Shown: piece by piece, positions 58,873 to 64,000 of the stretch
Layout of the letters: each line of letters starts with the position of its first letter
Position numbering within the stretch: position 1 is the first letter of the stretch
Assembly: GCA_051886175.1 (NCBI GenBank)
Contig: JBJEXV010000060.1
Location: forward strand, 7,452-71,451
Source: Candidatus Coprovivens sp.
GTDB taxonomy: Bacteria; Bacillota_I; Bacilli_A; RF39; UBA660
Length of the DNA stretch: 64,000 nucleotides
Direction: 5' to 3'
Program-made: the position numbers and the translations under genes
Notes under the pieces: model-generated
What the model was told of the DNA's origin: nothing
The model's database searches: none
Seen by the model: the letters and a program-made list of their open reading frames with translations, nothing else

Positions 58873-61128
58873 ATGAACGATAATAAAGTGAAAATTTTTG
58901 AATACTTAGATACACTTGTAAAAATGTGTCGTTCTAAAGGTAATGGTGCTTCATTAATAATCGAAGAAGAAGAAATTGCCGAACAAATTAAAGAATATGA
59001 TTTAGAAATAGACGAACTTAAAAACTCAATTACAAATGAATGCTACGATGCAAGTGCAGAAATGGCAGATAGAAATATTGAAATAATAACTAAAAAACTA
59101 ATTCAACAATTAAAGAGTAAGATTAAGAGTAAAACAAAAGAATTAAACGATTTAAAAATAAGAGAAAACGATTATAGTTATCATATACAATCAATAAAAA
59201 ATAATAAAAACGGATATGATTGTTATGTTAAGAGTTTAAAAGCCAGATTAGAAAATTCTGAAGATGAAGAAGTTTCTAACAAATATACAAGTTCTATAAA
59301 AGTTACAGAAGAAAAAATTGAAAAAGCTAAACAAAAATTAGAAAGTCAAAACTTAGAATATAAATTATTACAAACTAGAATTGAGGAAGTTGCTGCTGAA
59401 GTAGCTAAATTGCAAGATAGTTTAGATTCAAAAGAAAAATTATTATTAGAAACACAAGAAAATTTAAAAGATAAAAATAGTTACTTAGATCAAAGTAAAG
59501 TTGATAAATTAAATGAAAAAATCGAAGAAGTTGAACTTAAGAAGAAAAAACTTAACGAAAGAGTTGAAGAAATTCACAATAACAGCCAATACTTAGTATC
59601 TAAAATAAAAGATTGTATTAATGCTGAAAAAGATTCTGCAACATATGCAAAAGGAGTAATAGATTTAGTAAATAAAGCACACCAAGTTCCTTATATGAAT
59701 GTAGAAGCAAACAAGTTATTAGAAGAAGCACTATTAAAAGCTACACAAGCTAGAGATAGTTTTGCACTAGAAATAGACCAAAAAAATTATAGTTTATTAG
59801 AAACACTAAACCCAGGAAAAATAAGAATAGACTACCTAAAAGCAAAAATTGAAAAATGGAACGTTGAAAAAGAAGAACTAAGAGAAAAAATATTTTTAAT
59901 CGACAACGACCAAATATTCAATTATGATGAAAAATATATTAAATTAAATGAAATATTAGAAACTATGAAAAAAGAACTTGCTGAGTTCGAAAAAGCATAT
60001 GAAAACAACGATTCAATTAATTTAACATCAAAATCAGATTTAAAATTATCAATCGAAGAAAAGAAAAGAGAAATATTTGATACGGAAAATATTTTATCTC
60101 AATTTAGAAAAGACGAAGCTGACGATATCGCTTATGCTAATGAATTATACACACACAACATCAAAGGCCTTGAAGCAAAAATCGAAGCTGCTAATAAAGA
60201 GATTGAATCAATTAAATCTAACATGATTGCTAGAAAAAACGGCTTAATAGATATTACTTCTCAAAATAGAGATAAAGAAAAGTTAAAAGAACTTGCAGTA
60301 AAAGTAATAGATATTAAACATCGTCGTCAATTTGCACAAAAGCCAATTGAAATAGCAAAAGAACTTGAACAATTATTAGGAATTGAAATTGTTCCAAGTT
60401 TAGCAGTAATTGAAGAAGAACCAATTGAAAAAACAATTCAAGATATAAAATTAATTATTGGTGATAGTTCTATTGAATTAAATGTAACTCAAGAAGAACC
60501 AACTGAAGTTAAAGAACAACCTAAAAGAGAAAAGAAAGTTGAAGGTCCAAAGATAACTATTGAACCTGAAATAGAAGAACCAAAAGCTGAAGAAAAAAAA
60601 GAAGAACCAAAAGTTGAGAAACCAAAAAAAGAAGTTAAAGAAGAACCAAAAGTTGAAGAAGAACTTCAACCAAAAGACTTTAATTTACAAATTCCTCCAA
60701 CTAGAGGAGTTAAAGTCGTAGAACAAGCTGAAATTGAAGAGGAAGAAGTTGTTACCAATTCAGTTCAACCAGAAGAACCAAAAGTTGAACTAATACCAAC
60801 TGAACCAATTCCTACAGTAGAACCAATAATAGAAGAAGAAACCGTAGTTTCAAAAGCACCAGTTGCTGAAGCACCAGCACTTGCTGAAGAAGAAATAACA
60901 TTATCAAATGAAAATGTTGAACCAGAAGAAGTAATTGCACAACAACAATTAGAAAACCCAATGATTCAACCAATTGCAATTGATGATGAAAAAGAATTAG
61001 CAATAGGTGAAATTTTCAAAGAAAATAGTAGCCAAAATAATGCTAATAATGATAATATAGTCCTAGACAACGAATTGTCACAAGAATTAGACCAATACTT
61101 AAATAATTTGGATTTACCAAATTCTTAG
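58873..61128 (+). CDS. Large coiled-coil protein with a C-terminal E/P/K-rich tandem-repeat region (start may be 58864)
   Basis: About 520 aa of heptad-rich sequence followed by (E)EPKVE repeats encoded by gaagaaccaaaagytga tandem units at 60575-60660. Confidence 0.7.
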   Translation: MNDNKVKIFEYLDTLVKMCRSKGNGASLIIEEEEIAEQIKEYDLEIDELKNSITNECYDASAEMADRNIEIITKKLIQQLKSKIKSKTKELNDLKIRENDYSYHIQSIKNNKNGYDCYVKSLKARLENSEDEEVSNKYTSSIKVTEEKIEKAKQKLESQNLEYKLLQTRIEEVAAEVAKLQDSLDSKEKLLLETQENLKDKNSYLDQSKVDKLNEKIEEVELKKKKLNERVEEIHNNSQYLVSKIKDCINAEKDSATYAKGVIDLVNKAHQVPYMNVEANKLLEEALLKATQARDSFALEIDQKNYSLLETLNPGKIRIDYLKAKIEKWNVEKEELREKIFLIDNDQIFNYDEKYIKLNEILETMKKELAEFEKAYENNDSINLTSKSDLKLSIEEKKREIFDTENILSQFRKDEADDIAYANELYTHNIKGLEAKIEAANKEIESIKSNMIARKNGLIDITSQNRDKEKLKELAVKVIDIKHRRQFAQKPIEIAKELEQLLGIEIVPSLAVIEEEPIEKTIQDIKLIIGDSSIELNVTQEEPTEVKEQPKREKKVEGPKITIEPEIEEPKAEEKKEEPKVEKPKKEVKEEPKVEEELQPKDFNLQIPPTRGVKVVEQAEIEEEEVVTNSVQPEEPKVELIPTEPIPTVEPIIEEETVVSKAPVAEAPALAEEEITLSNENVEPEEVIAQQQLENPMIQPIAIDDEKELAIGEIFKENSSQNNANNDNIVLDNELSQELDQYLNNLDLPNS

Positions 61129-61143
61129 AAGGGGAGTTGCAAA

Positions 61144-61389
61144 ATGGGATTAAGAACAAATACAATCATTAGTTTAGAAAACAATGAAAAATATGTAGTA
61201 TTAAATGAAACAATGTATGGTGGAACAAAATACTTCCTAGTAATGGGTGTAGATGAAAATAAAGATGTAATACCATCTAACGTTGCCATCATAGAAGAAA
61301 TAATTGAAGGAGCAGATACTTACGTAGAAAGAGTAAAAGATCCTGAATTAATTATTATATTAACAAGAATACTAAAATCACAAATATAA
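61144..61389 (+). CDS. DUF1292-like small protein (81 aa)
   Basis: ISLENNEKYVVLNETMYGGTKYFLVMGVDENKDVIP...IIEEIIEGADTYVERVKDPE pattern; SD GGGGAG. Confidence 0.6.
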   Translation: MGLRTNTIISLENNEKYVVLNETMYGGTKYFLVMGVDENKDVIPSNVAIIEEIIEGADTYVERVKDPELIIILTRILKSQI

Positions 61390-61472
61390 GAAGCAGAGCA
61401 ATCTGCTTCTTTTCATTTCGTTGACATTTCACTAAAAATATAGTAGTATAACAACCATTATGGAGGTAGAAT

Positions 61473-62309
61473 ATGACACTAACAACTTTAATCATTCAAA
61501 TATTACTTACATTACCTTTAACTTTTATAATAAACACATTGTCTAAAAAGGATAATAATACAATTCATCGTATTATCGTGCCAACAGTATATACTATAAT
61601 ACTTGCAGCACTAATACCATCAATAAAAGAAAATATATTTTTAATCGTTATATTCGAATTATTTATAAGAAACTTCTATATAAGTAATTTTTCAAATAAA
61701 GCTAATAATATTACTAAGTTCTTAATAGAAGCATTGTTAAGTGTATCATTATGTTTGTTTACATATAATCAATTTATATCAAAGATAGATAATGTTCTAC
61801 CAACACCAGAATCTATCAAACCATTCCTATGGTTCTTAATGATTGTTTATATATATACACTATGTAAACCTCAAATTAATAAAGTTAATCAAATGATTCC
61901 AGAAAAAAGAACTGTAGACAAAGAAAATACAATCATGTTATTTGCTAAATACAAAAACAAATATCATAAAGTTATCAAAACAAAGAATATTTTAATAACA
62001 AACCTTGTGTATTCTATTATGATCTATAACGGTATTACAAAACCTACTGCATTAAGAAAAGCAACTGAGTTAAAAGGAATAATAACTACAAAACCGGTTC
62101 CATATGGAATAATGCAAGTTACATCAAAAATTAAAATAACAGATGAAGAAAGTATAGGTATCGTAGTATCCAACTTTGAAAAACAAATAAAGGATTCTAA
62201 ATTAAAAGAAAATGATAAAGTAGATAAACTATTATCTGAATACAATAATGAATCAAAACAAGAAATAAAAGAAATTTATGATGAAATAACTGAATTCCTA
62301 AAGAAATAA
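61473..62309 (+). CDS. hypothetical membrane protein (278 aa)
   Basis: Multiple predicted TM segments in the N-terminal half; SD GGAGGT. Confidence 0.6.
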   Translation: MTLTTLIIQILLTLPLTFIINTLSKKDNNTIHRIIVPTVYTIILAALIPSIKENIFLIVIFELFIRNFYISNFSNKANNITKFLIEALLSVSLCLFTYNQFISKIDNVLPTPESIKPFLWFLMIVYIYTLCKPQINKVNQMIPEKRTVDKENTIMLFAKYKNKYHKVIKTKNILITNLVYSIMIYNGITKPTALRKATELKGIITTKPVPYGIMQVTSKIKITDEESIGIVVSNFEKQIKDSKLKENDKVDKLLSEYNNESKQEIKEIYDEITEFLKK

Positions 62310-62435
62310 TCTCTGAGAATTTTTACTTTACACAAAAATATAAAGCACACTATGCCTTTTTTAATTTGCATAAACAAATTAATTGTGCTAAAATAAGACC
62401 CATAAGACGTTGAAGACGAATCTAGTAATTATATT

Positions 62436-62622
62436 AAGTTCTTCATTTAGAGATTAAATGTCACCGGCTGAAAGCATTTAAAGATAAATAATATAATGAA
62501 ATTCATCGTTGGAGTTCGAACCGCACATAGAAGCGTTATATCTATATTGAGAGCTAGAATTCTAGAATTAGGGTGGTACCGCGGAATATAATTTCGTCCC
62601 TTGGTTTTAGATTTTTTTTATT
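62436..62622 (+). ncRNA. T-box riboswitch leader of the pheS-pheT operon
   Basis: Canonical T-box sequence AATTAGGGTGGTACCGCGG at 62566-62584; upstream Stem I-like hairpin (TTAAATG...CATTTAA); UUC triplets in the candidate specifier region; U-run at 62612-62619 before the pheS RBS. Confidence 0.65.
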
Positions 62623-62635
62623 GGAGGGAAATAAT

Positions 62636-63679
62636 ATGAAAGAAAAAGTAGAAAATTTAAAACTTGAAGTAGCAAAGAAACTTGAAAGTACTACTTGTCT
62701 TAAAGAAGTTAACGATATTAAAGTTGAATACCTAGGAAAAAAAGGTCCTGTTCAAGAATTAACTTCACATATGAAAGAACTAAGTAGTGAAGAAAAAAGA
62801 GATTTTGGTATGCTACTTAACAACCTAAAGCAAGAATTAACATCTAGTATTGATGCTAAAATTAAGTATTACGAAGAAGAAGAACTTAACAAAAAATTAG
62901 CAAGTGAAAAAATAGATGTTACATTACCTGCAACAAAAATACCAGTAGGAGCACCAAACATCCTTGAAAAAATAGTAGAAGAAGTAGAAGAACTATTTAT
63001 GTCAATGGGATACGATGTGGTAGATGGACCTGAAGTAGAAGAAGATAGATTCAACTTCGAATTATTAAACATTCCAAAAGGACACCCTGCTAGAGACGCT
63101 CAAGACACATTCTATATTGAAGATGAAACTATATTATTACGTAGTCAAACTTCACCAGTTCAAGCTAGAACAATGTTAGCTGCAGGTGGAAATACACCAA
63201 TTAGAATGATTTGTCCTGGTAAAACATATCGTAGAGATGCTGATGATGCAACACATTCACATCAATTCATGCAAATCGAAGGTTTATTAGTTGATAAAGA
63301 TATTCGTTTATCAGACTTAAAAGGAACATTCGATACATTAGCTAAAAAGTTATTCGGAGAAGATTGTGTAACTAGATTTAGACCTTCATATTATCAATTT
63401 ACTGAACCATCAGTAGAAACAGATATCTCTTGCTTCGCATGTAAAGGAAAGGGATGTCCATTATGTAAAAATACTGGATGGATTACAGTAAGTGGTGCTG
63501 GTATGGTACATCCAAATGTATTAAGAAACTGTGGATATGATCCAGCAGTATGGTCAGGTTTTGCATTCGGTTTCGGTGCAGAAAGATTAGCAATGTTAAA
63601 ATATGGTATTAACGATATTAGAACATTCTACCAAACAGATTTAAGAGAATCACAAACATTCGATAGAAAGGATGCGTAA
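62636..63679 (+). CDS. pheS: Phenylalanine--tRNA ligase alpha subunit
   Basis: Class II aaRS motifs (FRPSYYQFTEPS, GFGFGAERLAML); SD GGAGGG. Confidence 0.9.
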   Translation: MKEKVENLKLEVAKKLESTTCLKEVNDIKVEYLGKKGPVQELTSHMKELSSEEKRDFGMLLNNLKQELTSSIDAKIKYYEEEELNKKLASEKIDVTLPATKIPVGAPNILEKIVEEVEELFMSMGYDVVDGPEVEEDRFNFELLNIPKGHPARDAQDTFYIEDETILLRSQTSPVQARTMLAAGGNTPIRMICPGKTYRRDADDATHSHQFMQIEGLLVDKDIRLSDLKGTFDTLAKKLFGEDCVTRFRPSYYQFTEPSVETDISCFACKGKGCPLCKNTGWITVSGAGMVHPNVLRNCGYDPAVWSGFAFGFGAERLAMLKYGINDIRTFYQTDLRESQTFDRKDA

Positions 63680-64000
63680 TTATGATAAGTATTAATTGGG
63701 TAAAAGATTATATTGATATTGAAAACGAAGACTTACATGAATTAGCAGTAAAAGTTACTAAAGCTGGTGTTAACGTAGAAAAAGTTATCGACAGTAGAAT
63801 TGAAAACTTAGTAATTGGTGAAGTTTTAGAATGCGTAGACCATCCTGATAGTGATCACTTACATGTTTGCCAAGTTAACGTTGGAGATAAAACAACACAA
63901 ATCGTTTGTGGAGCTCCTAATGTTAAAGCTGGTATTAAAGTACTAGTAGCATTACCTGGTTGCATTCTTCCTGGTGATTTCGAAATTAAAGCAGGAAACA
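63672..64000 (+). CDS. pheT: Phenylalanine--tRNA ligase beta subunit (5' partial)
   Basis: N-terminus MISINWVKDYIDI typical of PheT; overlaps the pheS stop; runs off the window. Confidence 0.85.

Noticed and set aside
60478-61003. Minus-strand ORFs translating to poly-F/L/W and poly-L/Q peptides
   Set aside because: They are the reverse frames of the E/P/K repeat region of the coiled-coil gene. This is a repeat artefact.
62500-62530. GGAGTTCGAACC segment resembling a tRNA T-arm
   Set aside because: It lies inside the T-box leader Stem I region upstream of pheS. No complete cloverleaf can be drawn.

Overview
This is a low-GC (~30%) Bacillota chromosomal segment with no rRNA, tRNA, CRISPR, transposase or integrase genes. 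TGA is a stop codon (a classic prfB frameshift site is present), so the organism is not a mycoplasma. The window splits into two parts. (A) 1-10.6 kb is an accessory-looking island sitting just upstream of prfB. It holds a 417-aa HNH nuclease gene convergent with a partial upstream gene; a 21-aa SEC-C-motif micro-ORF; an orphan two-gene operon (530 aa plus a 180-aa DUF1292-like protein); a decayed XRE-type HTH gene remnant; a secernin-like C69 Ntn-hydrolase plus GNAT pair; and, most notably, a terminator-bounded five-gene operon (Cys-rich family-4/5-like uracil-DNA-glycosylase, HD phosphohydrolase, alkaline-phosphatase-superfamily phosphodiesterase, HTH-WYL regulator, unknown 307-aa protein). 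An RBS-sequestering terminator-like hairpin sits in front of the last gene of that operon. A truncated kinase-like protein follows. (B) 10.6-64 kb is conserved core. It contains prfB (+1 frameshift), tilS, ftsH, soj/spo0J, mscS, DUF951, an AbgT-like transporter, ychF, rpsF-ssb-rpsR with a conserved leader hairpin, a cca-like gene, murC (minus), rplI, dnaB, LysM-M23, walJ-like, rlmH, ung, lemA, yitT, ftsEX plus an M23 activator, yvcK, whiA, a Big2-NlpC/P60 hydrolase, a TGS-uridine-kinase fusion, gap, pgk, a monocistronic Spo0A-like gene with a degenerate receiver domain sitting where tpiA would normally be, gpmI, the complete S10-spc-alpha ribosomal cluster (rpsJ through rplQ, without rpmD or map, with a zinc-type S14 and L36 and an L3 carrying an acidic tail), lineage-specific genes including a 752-aa coiled-coil protein with EPK tandem repeats, and a T-box leader in front of pheS-pheT. 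The best candidate for an undescribed system is the UDG-HD-phosphodiesterase-WYL-unknown operon together with the neighbouring orphan two-gene operon and HNH nuclease.
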